Assembly (NCBI GenBank): GCA_050250895.1
Contig: JBFWNU010000004.1
Span: forward strand, 160,001 to 224,000
DNA length: 64,000 nucleotides
Direction of reading: 5' to 3'
From: Vulcanimicrobiota bacterium
GTDB taxonomy: Bacteria; Vulcanimicrobiota; Xenobia; Xenobiales; JADMJV01
Shown: piece after piece, positions 20,390 to 29,973 of the stretch
Layout of the letters: each line of letters opens with the position of its first letter
Numbering within the stretch: position 1 is the first letter of the stretch
Program-made: the position numbers and the translations under genes
The notes under the pieces: model-generated
The model's database searches: none
The model's input: only the letters and a program-made list of their open reading frames with translations
What the model was told of the DNA's origin: nothing

Positions 20390-22102
20390 ATGAAGAAGAA
20401 CAAAGTCTTTCGGTTTCTGGCTTCCCTCAAGCTTGCAGTCATTCTGCTGGTAGCCCTGGCCGCGATCCTCGCTACGGCCACCTACTACGAGTCGCTCTAT
20501 GATGCCAAGACGGCTCAACACCTCGTCTACGGCAGCCCCGCCTTTGCTGCCTTCCTGGCCCTGCTGGGGGTGAACGTCTTCTGCTCGGCGGCCATCCGCT
20601 ATCCGTTCAAGCCCCACCAAACAGGCTTCGTGGTCACTCATATCGGCATCATCATTATTCTGCTGGGGTCGCTGGTCACTATGGCCAAAGGGGTCGACGG
20701 CACGCTGGCCCTCGAAGAAGGGCAGAGCGGCAAGCGGGTCACCCTCGACGAGCCGATCCTCTACTTCGGGGCCGGGCGTGAACAGATTCGTGAAATTCCC
20801 GCCGAGTTTCGCTGGAACCCGCCTCGTCCCGACCGACCGGTCCGCTATCCCCTGGCTGAAGGCTTGACCGCGGTGGTGGATGGCTACTATCACCACTCGG
20901 TCGAGGAGATCGACTACCTGGCCGACGACAAGGGCGTCCCGGCGCTCAAAGTCAGGCTGTCCAACTCGCGGGTCGACGTCAGTCAGTGGATGACCATTTC
21001 CGACGGTCGCCTCTCGATGGGGCCGGCCACTCTGCAGATGCTGAGACTGCGCCCCGATGAAGTTGCCCCGTTCCTGGCCGGTGAGGCGGCCGCGGCCGAC
21101 CAGGGGCAACTACAGATTCTGGTGGGCGACCAGCCTTTCACCCTGCAGGTTCGCGATCTGGGCCCCGCCGCCACGCAGGTCGGCGACACTGACGTTTCCG
21201 TGACCCTGCTTCGCTATCTGGCCCACGCGGTGGTAGAGGGAGATAACCTCATCAGCCGCTCGGACGAACCGGTCAACCCCACCCTCGAACTCGAGGTTCA
21301 CCAGGGCGCAGCGATGCAGCGCTGGTATCTGTTCGCTCGCATGCCCGAACTCAACACCCGTACCGCCAGCGAGGGCAAAGAAATCCCGGTGCGGTTGCTC
21401 TACTCCATGGAGCCCGCCTCGAACCGTTCTCTAGAACTGGCCGTGGCCGACGATAAAGTGTTTTTTCGGATCGATGGCAAGAAGACCGGAGAGGTCAAAA
21501 AGGGCGACAAAATCCCCACTGGCTGGATGGACCTGGAGTTCGAACTGCAGGATTTCTTGCCCCAAGCCAGGCGCGAAAAGCTCTATCGCGAGTTCAAGCC
21601 GAAGAAGTCCAACGAGAAAGAGGGACCCCCACCGGCCGTCCGCGTCACCGTCGAGGGCGCTCCTGAACCGGGGCCTTACTGGCTTCAACGAGGCGACATC
21701 ATCCAATTGGCGGCCCCGGCCGGCTATGAGGAGAACCTGGTGCTAGGCTACGGACTGAGAACCGTCCCCCTTGGCTTCGAGATCAAGCTCAAGGACTTCG
21801 AGGTCGGATTTGATCCGGGCACCCGCAACGCCGCCAGCTACAAGAGTGTCATCGAGGTAGAGGGCAATGACCATGTCGTCCAGATGAACGAGCCTTTTCA
21901 CAAAGACGGCTACAACGTCTTCCAGGCGTCCTTCGGTGACGGGCCAGGAGGAGAGTCGACGGTGTCGGTCTTCTCGATAGCCCGAGACCCTGGCATCTTT
22001 CTGAAATATTTAGGCTCAATCTTGCTAGTTTTAGGCATTATCATTATGTTCTACGTCAAGCCTTATATGCTGAAGAAGAAGAAACCCGAGGCCACAGAAT
22101 GA
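20390..22102 (+). CDS. resB: cytochrome c biogenesis protein ResB/CcsB
   Basis: FLASLKLAV, GFVVTHIG, MNEPF..GY..FQAS, DPG..LKYLG. Confidence 0.85.
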   Translation: MKKNKVFRFLASLKLAVILLVALAAILATATYYESLYDAKTAQHLVYGSPAFAAFLALLGVNVFCSAAIRYPFKPHQTGFVVTHIGIIIILLGSLVTMAKGVDGTLALEEGQSGKRVTLDEPILYFGAGREQIREIPAEFRWNPPRPDRPVRYPLAEGLTAVVDGYYHHSVEEIDYLADDKGVPALKVRLSNSRVDVSQWMTISDGRLSMGPATLQMLRLRPDEVAPFLAGEAAAADQGQLQILVGDQPFTLQVRDLGPAATQVGDTDVSVTLLRYLAHAVVEGDNLISRSDEPVNPTLELEVHQGAAMQRWYLFARMPELNTRTASEGKEIPVRLLYSMEPASNRSLELAVADDKVFFRIDGKKTGEVKKGDKIPTGWMDLEFELQDFLPQARREKLYREFKPKKSNEKEGPPPAVRVTVEGAPEPGPYWLQRGDIIQLAAPAGYEENLVLGYGLRTVPLGFEIKLKDFEVGFDPGTRNAASYKSVIEVEGNDHVVQMNEPFHKDGYNVFQASFGDGPGGESTVSVFSIARDPGIFLKYLGSILLVLGIIIMFYVKPYMLKKKKPEATE

Positions 22103-23718
22103 AAAGACTGATCATAGGACTGGTGCTGTTGACCACCCTCGGCGCCCTGGCGGGGGCCGAGTTCAGAATCGACGTCTCTCCCATGAAGACGCTACCGATT
22201 CAGGTCGGCGGCCGCATCAAACCTCTGGATACCTTCGCCCGCGAGGCCGTCCGCTTGATCACCGGCAAGGCCTCGTTCCAGGAAGAAGAACCAGTGGCCA
22301 CCGTGCTGCGCTGGTGGGCCTCGCCCGAGGCGGCTCGTCAAGAGAAGAACATCGAACTGCGCAACCTGGCCCTCAAGCAAAAGCTGGGCCTACCCGACGA
22401 GCGGTTCTTCTCCAGTTCCGAACTCGACCAGAACGCCGAGTTCAACAAGCTGCGCGAACAGGTTCACCAACGGATGCGCGGCGAGGAAGAGCTTTCCGAG
22501 GAAGAGCAAGAGGTCCAGCAACTGCTGGTCAAGATGGCCAGCCTCGAGAATATCGCCAGCGGTGCCGCCATCACGGTGGTGCCCAACCCCACCGGGATGG
22601 AGCAAGCCTGGGGCAGCCTGGCCGACTTGAGCCATCCCGATGTCATCGAGAGCCTCTACCCGCTGCGCGACTCGGCAGAATCGCTGCGCACAGCCCTGAC
22701 CAACGAGGATCAGGCCGCCTTCACGGCTGCCCTCGAGCAGTTCCGCACGGGACTGGCCCAGATCGGTCCGGCCCCGTCCCAGGGGGTCATGGCTCGCGAG
22801 GTCTTCTTCAACGCTTTTCACCCCTTCCGCAAGGCCTGGGTCCTCTATCTGATCGGCTTTTTGTGCCTGCTGTTCTCGCCCGCCGGGCGCGAGAGCAAGC
22901 CCTATTGGGTGGGCCTGTGCCTGGCTTTGATGGGCTTCTGCCTGCATGCTTATGGCTTTTATCTGCGCTGCATGATCGCCGGCCGGCCCCCAGTGACCAA
23001 CATGTACGAGTCGGTCATCTGGGTCGCCTTCGGAGCAGTGCTCTTCTCCTTGATCTTCGAGTATTTTTACAAGGCCCGTAACTACGTGCTGGCCTCGACC
23101 GGCGCCGCCGTCATCTGCCTCATATTGGCAGATTCACTGCCGGCCGTGCTCGACCCCTCGATCAAGCCTCTGACACCCGTGCTTCGCAACAATTTCTGGC
23201 TGACCGTGCATGTGCTCACCATCACCCTGGGCTATGCCGCCTTTCTGCTGTCGCTGGGCCTGGGCCACATGACGCTGGTCAAATACGCCTTTCGCCCCGA
23301 CCAGGAAGACTCGCTCAAAGCGCTCAACCAGGCCCTCTACAAGTCGATCCAGGTGGGCGTGCTCTTCCTGGCGGCCGGCACCATCCTGGGCGGCGTCTGG
23401 GCCAACTATTCGTGGGGCCGCTTCTGGGGTTGGGACCCGAAGGAGGTATGGGCTCTCATCGCTCTCCTCGGCTACCTGGCCATCCTACACGGCCGCTACG
23501 CCGGTTGGCTGCGCGAGTTCGGCATGGCCGCCTGGTCGGTGATCGCTTTTCTCGGCGTGCTGATGGCCTGGTACGGCGTCAACTACGTGCTGGGCGCCGG
23601 TCTGCACAGCTATGGCTTTGGCACCGGCGGCTATCAATACGTGTCCATCTATGTGCTGGTCGAATGCGCCTTCGTGGCGGCCATGACCCTGAGGTACCGT
23701 AACCGTCTGCGCTCCTGA
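22099..23718 (+). CDS. ccsA: cytochrome c biogenesis protein CcsA/ResC
   Basis: GGRIKPLDT, NMYES, WANYSWGRFWGWDPKEVW (WWD domain), GLHSY. Confidence 0.93.
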   Translation: MKRLIIGLVLLTTLGALAGAEFRIDVSPMKTLPIQVGGRIKPLDTFAREAVRLITGKASFQEEEPVATVLRWWASPEAARQEKNIELRNLALKQKLGLPDERFFSSSELDQNAEFNKLREQVHQRMRGEEELSEEEQEVQQLLVKMASLENIASGAAITVVPNPTGMEQAWGSLADLSHPDVIESLYPLRDSAESLRTALTNEDQAAFTAALEQFRTGLAQIGPAPSQGVMAREVFFNAFHPFRKAWVLYLIGFLCLLFSPAGRESKPYWVGLCLALMGFCLHAYGFYLRCMIAGRPPVTNMYESVIWVAFGAVLFSLIFEYFYKARNYVLASTGAAVICLILADSLPAVLDPSIKPLTPVLRNNFWLTVHVLTITLGYAAFLLSLGLGHMTLVKYAFRPDQEDSLKALNQALYKSIQVGVLFLAAGTILGGVWANYSWGRFWGWDPKEVWALIALLGYLAILHGRYAGWLREFGMAAWSVIAFLGVLMAWYGVNYVLGAGLHSYGFGTGGYQYVSIYVLVECAFVAAMTLRYRNRLRS

Positions 23719-24554
23719 TGCCCTTTGACCCATGTAACACATGTAGCTATCTCAACCGCGACGCCGAGATAACCGGCTCGGCCCCCACCGAGGAGGCCTA
23801 TGTCGTGGTCGAGGTGGCCAAGCCCTGGCCCCGCAAGATCAAGAAAGCAGCCGACCTGCCCGAAGAGCTTCGCGACGTGGTCAAACGCGCGCCGGTGGAC
23901 GGGTGCCTCATCGGCACGCCCCCCAGCGGCCCCGAGCGCCGCGTCAGGGTCTATCGGCACGACGGCTCGACCACTCTCTGCGACGACTTCGCCTATGACC
24001 CCAGGCGCCTGCAGGACTCGCTCTCGGGCTCACCCAAAGGGTCGCCCGCCGAGCCCGTCCTGCTGGTCTGCACCCACGGTAGCCGCGACGCCTGTTGCGG
24101 CCGCCTCGGCGTTCCCCTGCTCAAGGCCTCGAGCCCGGAGCGCCAGTTCATCGAGTGCAGCCATCTGGGCGGTCATCGTTTTGCCCCGGTGGTGCTGGCC
24201 CTACCCGAGTGGCGCTTTTACGGACGGCTCACTCCCGCCGGAATGCATGAATTCCTCTCCCGCCTGGCCGGGCGTCAACCCGACCCCGGCCACTACCGTG
24301 GCTGCGGCCTTTATCCTAAGCCGGTTCAGGTGGTCGAGGCCGAACTGTGGCGCCGACTAAACTCACCACCCCGCCTCGAGCACTTCGAGATCGACCAGGA
24401 CATTGTGCGGGTTTTTCTGGCCGGAGGCGAGCGTTTCGAGGCCCGGGTCGAAAAGGCCAATTTCGAAACCATCGCCAGTTGCCGGGATATCGACGACGGT
24501 AAGACCAAAAATGAAAAGTTCTATCGGTTAGTCGAGCTTCTTGTGCTAAGATAG
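23718..24554 (+). CDS. sucrase/ferredoxin-like (thioredoxin-fold 2Fe-2S) protein
   Basis: VCTHGSRDACCG, CSHLGGHRFAP. Confidence 0.88.
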   Translation: MPFDPCNTCSYLNRDAEITGSAPTEEAYVVVEVAKPWPRKIKKAADLPEELRDVVKRAPVDGCLIGTPPSGPERRVRVYRHDGSTTLCDDFAYDPRRLQDSLSGSPKGSPAEPVLLVCTHGSRDACCGRLGVPLLKASSPERQFIECSHLGGHRFAPVVLALPEWRFYGRLTPAGMHEFLSRLAGRQPDPGHYRGCGLYPKPVQVVEAELWRRLNSPPRLEHFEIDQDIVRVFLAGGERFEARVEKANFETIASCRDIDDGKTKNEKFYRLVELLVLR

Positions 24555-24557
24555 GTC

Positions 24558-25661
24558 GTGGACCTTATCGAAAGTCTGCTCAAGCTCGTCGGCCGGGGAC
24601 CCGATGACCCTATTCGGGTCAAGGAAGAGACCCTGGTCCCTTTCTTTCGGCGCTTGGCCACCATGCTGCGAGCTGGCGTCAGCGCCGCCCAGGCCCTCGA
24701 ATTTCTGGCCGAAGGCGAAGACGACCCGCGCATGGCCGAAGCTCTCGACTTTCTCTGCGTCGGCGTTCATTCGGGTCGAACCATCGCCGTCTCGATGTCG
24801 CAACATCGATTGTCTCGGATCTTCTCCCCCATCGTGGTGGGCATGGTGCGACTCGGTGAGCAGACCGGCGGCCTCATCGACGTCACCGAGAAACTGGCCG
24901 ATCTGGTCGAGCGGCAACAGAAGCTGCGCCGCGAAGTGGTGGCGGCTCTGACTTACCCCTCGGCCCTGATGCTCATCATGGGCCTGGTAGGGGCTATCTT
25001 CGTGGTGGTTCTGGGCCCCCGCGACCAGGGTTTGTTCGGCGCTTTTGGTCAAGAACTGCCGTTGCCGACCGAGATCCTGATGAAAGCCTCGGAGCTTTTG
25101 CGCAGCCCGGCCTGGCTGTTGGGCACGCTGGGGATCATCTCTGGACTGTTGTGGGGCGTCTACTATCGTTGGCAACACTCGCCCAAATTTCGCCTGCACC
25201 TCGACACTCTGATGCTCGATGTCCCGGCCGTGGGCACTCTCATTCAGAAGGTCGAGAGTGCCCGCATGCTCTATGTCATCTCGACGGCCACTCAGGTGGG
25301 TATCCCGATGATGACGGCTCTCACGCTTTCGGTCGAGGTGTGCGGCAACAGCTACATCCGCGAACAGTTCCACAACGCCCTCAAGCTGTTTCGCAACGGG
25401 GTCGATCTCGACGAGGCGTTACAGCGCATGAGCGTCTTTCCGAATATGGTCACCAGTATGGTTCGACTCGGTATGGAATCGGGCCAACTCGACACCGTGC
25501 TGGCCAGCGTCTCGCGGGCCTATGAAGAAGACGTCAGCACCACCTTGAGCAACACCACCAAGATGCTCGAGCCGCTGCTGCTCTCGATCGCCGGCCTGAT
25601 GGCCGCTTTCCTGGCCCTGGCCACCCTGATGCCCATCATCCAACTGGCCAACAAGCTCTAG
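24558..25661 (+). CDS. pilC: type IV pilus/T2SS inner-membrane platform (PilC/GspF family)
   Basis: FFRRLATMLRAGV, GEQTG, ALTYP, GMESGQLD, LEP. Confidence 0.85.
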   Translation: MDLIESLLKLVGRGPDDPIRVKEETLVPFFRRLATMLRAGVSAAQALEFLAEGEDDPRMAEALDFLCVGVHSGRTIAVSMSQHRLSRIFSPIVVGMVRLGEQTGGLIDVTEKLADLVERQQKLRREVVAALTYPSALMLIMGLVGAIFVVVLGPRDQGLFGAFGQELPLPTEILMKASELLRSPAWLLGTLGIISGLLWGVYYRWQHSPKFRLHLDTLMLDVPAVGTLIQKVESARMLYVISTATQVGIPMMTALTLSVEVCGNSYIREQFHNALKLFRNGVDLDEALQRMSVFPNMVTSMVRLGMESGQLDTVLASVSRAYEEDVSTTLSNTTKMLEPLLLSIAGLMAAFLALATLMPIIQLANKL

Positions 25662-26680
25662 GCCACGGCCGGATGCGAGGCCACAAAAAGGGCGAACATG
25701 GCCAACTGGGCCAGCCCCAACCCAACCACCGACCAGACATAGGCTCTACCCTCAAGGCGAGCCCCGGCTGCTTCGAAGACGGGAAAAACGACCACCAGGT
25801 AACGGACCAGGCTGGCTCCTAGCAGTTGCCACAAGGGCATTAGAATCGACAGCCCGGTATAGACCTTCTCGGACCGGGCCAACGAGCCCGTCCAGACCAC
25901 CCCCCAGGCGGCCAGAGCCGCCAGTAGTCCCACCAGATGCTGCGCCTGAAAGTGGGACCATCCGCCCACCTGACCGGCCAGCCAGTCCTGGGCGTGGACA
26001 TAGGCCAGGAAGTCGTGGGCGACCTGTCGGAGGTGCCAGAAGAAAGCGAGCACCGGCAGAGGGATCAAGCCAAGCCAGAGGACCTGGGCCGGCTGTTGGC
26101 GAGGCTCGAAATAGAGGGCCAGGGCTAGCAAGAGGCCCGTTGGCCGGGTGGCCGCGGCCAGTGCCCCCAACAGACCCACCAGGGGCCACTTCTGTCGTCG
26201 CGCGGCCAGAAATGCCCCGGCTGACAACAGCAGAAAGCTCGATTCGCTGTAGACGGCCGAGAGAAAGAAGGCTGACGGGAACGCCAGCCACAAGCCCATC
26301 ATTCGCCGGCACATCACCAGGTCATGACGCTCTCGAAAAAGTTCCCAAAGAACGAGCATCGAACCCAGCAGAGCCACGTTGCTCACGATCAAACCGGCCA
26401 CCGAGGCCGGGCAGCACCAACTCAGACTGCTCACCAAAAGGGGATAGCCAGGAAACCATGCGCAGGTGCCGCCCAGACCGGGAATGTAACCCTGCTCGAC
26501 GATGCGCAGGTAGTGCAGGCTGTCGAGGCGGCTCCACATCGTGTACCAGGGCCCCGCCTCGGGGTGAGGAGAATAGCTGGGCAGATAGGTCAAGGCAAGC
26601 CATCCCACCAGGCTCAAGACCAGGCGGGATAGAGCCCATAGCCCCACTATCCATCTCCATTCCTGCCAACGCTTGCTCAT
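25658..26680 (-). CDS. PIG-V-like GT-C mannosyltransferase
   Basis: DSLHYLRIVEQGY, AWFPGYP, FLSAVYSES, TRPTG. Confidence 0.8.
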   Translation of the reverse strand: MSKRWQEWRWIVGLWALSRLVLSLVGWLALTYLPSYSPHPEAGPWYTMWSRLDSLHYLRIVEQGYIPGLGGTCAWFPGYPLLVSSLSWCCPASVAGLIVSNVALLGSMLVLWELFRERHDLVMCRRMMGLWLAFPSAFFLSAVYSESSFLLLSAGAFLAARRQKWPLVGLLGALAAATRPTGLLLALALYFEPRQQPAQVLWLGLIPLPVLAFFWHLRQVAHDFLAYVHAQDWLAGQVGGWSHFQAQHLVGLLAALAAWGVVWTGSLARSEKVYTGLSILMPLWQLLGASLVRYLVVVFPVFEAAGARLEGRAYVWSVVGLGLAQLAMFALFVASHPAVA

Positions 26681-26763
26681 CTCACCCGGCTCCTGTTCGG
26701 CGTCAAACCCCGACCTTCCGGGCAGTAGATGGCAAAAGATGAATTTCGTGCTACACTATCGGC

Positions 26764-28686
26764 ATGGGGACATCGAAGAAGTGGGACAAGCGGGGGGTCC
26801 TACTCGTCACGGTCATGTTTTTCATCCTGGTGGTGGGCATGCTGGCCCGAGCCATCTTGATTGTCGGGCCGGGCATGGCCCGCATCGGCAATCAGGCCCA
26901 GGACGAACTCCTGGCCCAGCGGGCCGCCGAGGCCGGCGCCATTTATGCCCGAGCCCAACTGCGGGGCAACGTCGACTGGCAGGGCGACCTCAACACCACC
27001 ACCGTCGACCTCCCCGATCTCAAGGTCGTCGAAGATCACGGCAACGTCATCGGCTGGGTCAAGAACGGGGCGGGTCAGGTAGCGCAGTTCCGGATTCGTT
27101 TCAACTATCAAGACGGTCCCAGCGGTCCCGACAATCTCGACGACCCGGCCGCCAACCACGAGATCGACCACGTGTACGTCTCGATGAACAACTTTCGCGG
27201 AGTCGACAAGCCACTGCCCCGGGCCGATGCCGGCACCTGGACGGTGACCGACGCCACCACCGGCCCCACCACCATCCCCGCCCACACCGTCGTGGTCGAA
27301 GTCGAGGGCCTATCGGGCCGGGCCCTGGCCGGCACCACCGGCCCCGACTCGGCGCGGGGGCCCGGCAACCTGTTGCGGCGAGTGCTCAAGGTGGTCTATC
27401 ATGCCGATGTCGATGTGGGCATACCTGAGGCCGTGATCAGTGCCGGTAATGGCATCGAAATCGAGATGACCAAAGGCGCCGAGGTCGGAGTGATCGGCAT
27501 CGAGACCCCCAAGCTCCGCTCCAAAAAGGGCGTCGATGTCAAGAAGCCCGACGCCAGCGACAACATCCTGACCATGGACGGCGAGATCTATCGTAACGCC
27601 AGCGACGGAGTGAACGCTGCCGTCAGCGGCTCGGTCAACGAACTCGACGAGGATCCGGACGCAGCCTTCTTTGAACTCGCCTGGGACGACGTTCCCAAAG
27701 CCTCGAGCGACGCCACGGAAGCCGTCCAGATCCAGGGCGGCGTCTATGTGGTCCAGCCCACCGGAACCTACAAGTATTACGACATGTCGCTAGCGGACTA
27801 CAAGGCGCTCACCCCCGATGCGACCGGCGTTCGTCCGGGCGGGGTCGACTTGAGCGCCGACTGGGCCGAGGTCAGACCGGCCGGAAATGTGGCTGTGGGC
27901 GGCCTTACCGTAGACAAGAACAAGTATCGATTGGACCTGACCAAAGACGTCAACGTCAATACCTCGCCCGGCGGGGTTGACGACATCGTCATCACCACCA
28001 TTCAAGGCCGCCGCCTCCATGAAGAAGATACGACCGGCGACTATATGTTCACGGCTGACGATGCCACCTTCTTCGTGCCCGGCACTCTGAACCTGACCAA
28101 CTCGAACCTGACCAGCAAGGGCAACGTCGACGTGCTCATCAACGTCAACGGCGAAAACGGTTCGATCGTGGCCGAGGGCAACGCCGTGGTGGCCGCCCCC
28201 AGCGTAGCCATCAAGAAACTGGGCGCGGTAGTCTTCGAACAGCGCCTGAGCCTCTACGTGCAGGGCGACCTGACCGTTTCGACCTTTATCAGCCAGCCCG
28301 AAATCAACGCCTGGCCCTATTTCTGGTCGCCCGCCTATACCGGCTACGGACCGCTGGCCATGGAAGGACTGGTCTACACCTGGGGCGACACGACCATCCT
28401 GGCCGGCACACCCGGTCGGGCCGCCGGCCCGGGCTTTGGGGGCTACACTCCCACCAACTACGGCGAGATTTCCATCAAAGGTGCCCTGGTGTGCTACGGA
28501 GCCGACCTCGAGGTCGATCCTTCGGCCAAGCCTGGCAGCGGCGGCAACGGAGCGGTCCGAATGTACGGCGAGTTCGCCAGTATCATGTACGACTCGAGCA
28601 AACTAGCCTCCGACCCCACCTCGGTGCCGGCCGGCGCTCCCCTCGAGGCCATCACCCGGCTGAGCTATGGGTTTGAAGGAAACTAG
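26764..28686 (+). CDS. large PilX-like minor pilin/adhesin
   Basis: KRG|VLLVTVMFFILVV prepilin-like N-terminus, AAEAG motif, beta-rich C-terminus. Confidence 0.7.
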   Translation: MGTSKKWDKRGVLLVTVMFFILVVGMLARAILIVGPGMARIGNQAQDELLAQRAAEAGAIYARAQLRGNVDWQGDLNTTTVDLPDLKVVEDHGNVIGWVKNGAGQVAQFRIRFNYQDGPSGPDNLDDPAANHEIDHVYVSMNNFRGVDKPLPRADAGTWTVTDATTGPTTIPAHTVVVEVEGLSGRALAGTTGPDSARGPGNLLRRVLKVVYHADVDVGIPEAVISAGNGIEIEMTKGAEVGVIGIETPKLRSKKGVDVKKPDASDNILTMDGEIYRNASDGVNAAVSGSVNELDEDPDAAFFELAWDDVPKASSDATEAVQIQGGVYVVQPTGTYKYYDMSLADYKALTPDATGVRPGGVDLSADWAEVRPAGNVAVGGLTVDKNKYRLDLTKDVNVNTSPGGVDDIVITTIQGRRLHEEDTTGDYMFTADDATFFVPGTLNLTNSNLTSKGNVDVLINVNGENGSIVAEGNAVVAAPSVAIKKLGAVVFEQRLSLYVQGDLTVSTFISQPEINAWPYFWSPAYTGYGPLAMEGLVYTWGDTTILAGTPGRAAGPGFGGYTPTNYGEISIKGALVCYGADLEVDPSAKPGSGGNGAVRMYGEFASIMYDSSKLASDPTSVPAGAPLEAITRLSYGFEGN

Positions 28687-29116
28687 AGGCTTAACTCTAG
28701 CAGAAGTGGTGCTGGCCATCGGGCTGATGGCCATGGCCCTGTTCGCTCTGTTGAGCGTGTGCAGTATGGCTGTACGGTATCAACGGCAAAGTATCAACAA
28801 CATCAACGCCGCTCGGGTGGCCGACGCCGCCCTGGGAAGAGCCATGTCGTCTGCTCTCAACGACACTCCCGCCGGGGCTTCGGGCGATTTCTGGGACAAC
28901 GAGTGGCCCTATCCCAATTCGCCCTGGGTGACGGGCACCGAGGCGGTCGGTCACCAGCGCTTCTTCTTTGCCATCTATGCCACCACCGTGCCCTCGATCG
29001 GCGATGCCGACAACGCGGTCAAACGCGTCGACGCCTATGTCTGGTGGACCGAAAACCAGGCCGGCGCCAAGCTCACGGCGGCGATGCGCCTGGTCAACAA
29101 GGGAGAAGAACCTTGA
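28667..29116 (+). CDS. PilV-like minor pilin
   Basis: RG|LTLAEVV class III signal. Confidence 0.8.
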   Translation: MGLKETRGLTLAEVVLAIGLMAMALFALLSVCSMAVRYQRQSINNINAARVADAALGRAMSSALNDTPAGASGDFWDNEWPYPNSPWVTGTEAVGHQRFFFAIYATTVPSIGDADNAVKRVDAYVWWTENQAGAKLTAAMRLVNKGEEP

Positions 29117-29973
29117 ACCCACCTGATGCGCGACCGAACCTCGTCTGGCGACGCTATCACGCTCGACTGCTGCGTCGCGGTCACCACTGCGGTGGACGAG
29201 CCTTTACGCTGCCTGAACTGTTGATCGCGATGGCCGTCGCTTCGGCCCTGATGCTGGCCGGCTACGGCTTGATGCAGATGTCCTACCAGGTCTATCACAA
29301 GGTATCGGGCAACGAAGACGTCACCATGCAGCTCAAGCGTGGCTCGCGACTGCTGCAGCAACACCTGATCGTGAGCAACTTTAGCAAGAGCAAGGTCCAG
29401 GATTGCCCGGCCAGTTTGCCGGGAGGCGCCCCGGACGGAACCGCCCTGTGTGTGCTCAGCGCTCTCGACAACGGCGTGGGCGACATGGCCACCAAGCCCG
29501 GCGGCGAGCCCTATTGGCAGCGCAACGTGCTGTTCTACATCACCGTTCCCACCGGCGACCCCTGTGTGGGTGGCGCCGGTCCTCTCGGGTATGACGACCG
29601 TTGCCCTCACAAGGTGTTGATCCGCAAGATCATCGATTCGGGTCCGGTCACCGTCCCCACCGGCAATCCCGGCGCCGACATCGAGGACCTGCTCTCGGAC
29701 CTGAGTCCTTATCTGACCCGGCCCAACAAGCTCGATACCAGCGCTATGCTGGGCGAACCCGGGGTCACCAGGGTCGACATTCTGGCCACTCATCTGCTGG
29801 GCATGTACGCTGAGCGCGAGCCGAACCCCGAAGCCCCAGGAGAAATCCTGGTCACCCTCACCGCCTTCAATGTCGAGGCATCCAAGGGCGTGGCGGTCGG
29901 GACCGCCTCGTTGAGCGGTCACGAAAACCTGGTGGCGCAGATTCTCTCGGTCTTTCCCCGGAACAACCAGTAG
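29113..29973 (+). CDS. PilW/PulJ-like minor pilin
   Basis: RA|FTLPELLIAM class III signal; TTG start overlapping upstream TGA. Confidence 0.78.
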   Translation: MNPPDARPNLVWRRYHARLLRRGHHCGGRAFTLPELLIAMAVASALMLAGYGLMQMSYQVYHKVSGNEDVTMQLKRGSRLLQQHLIVSNFSKSKVQDCPASLPGGAPDGTALCVLSALDNGVGDMATKPGGEPYWQRNVLFYITVPTGDPCVGGAGPLGYDDRCPHKVLIRKIIDSGPVTVPTGNPGADIEDLLSDLSPYLTRPNKLDTSAMLGEPGVTRVDILATHLLGMYAEREPNPEAPGEILVTLTAFNVEASKGVAVGTASLSGHENLVAQILSVFPRNNQ

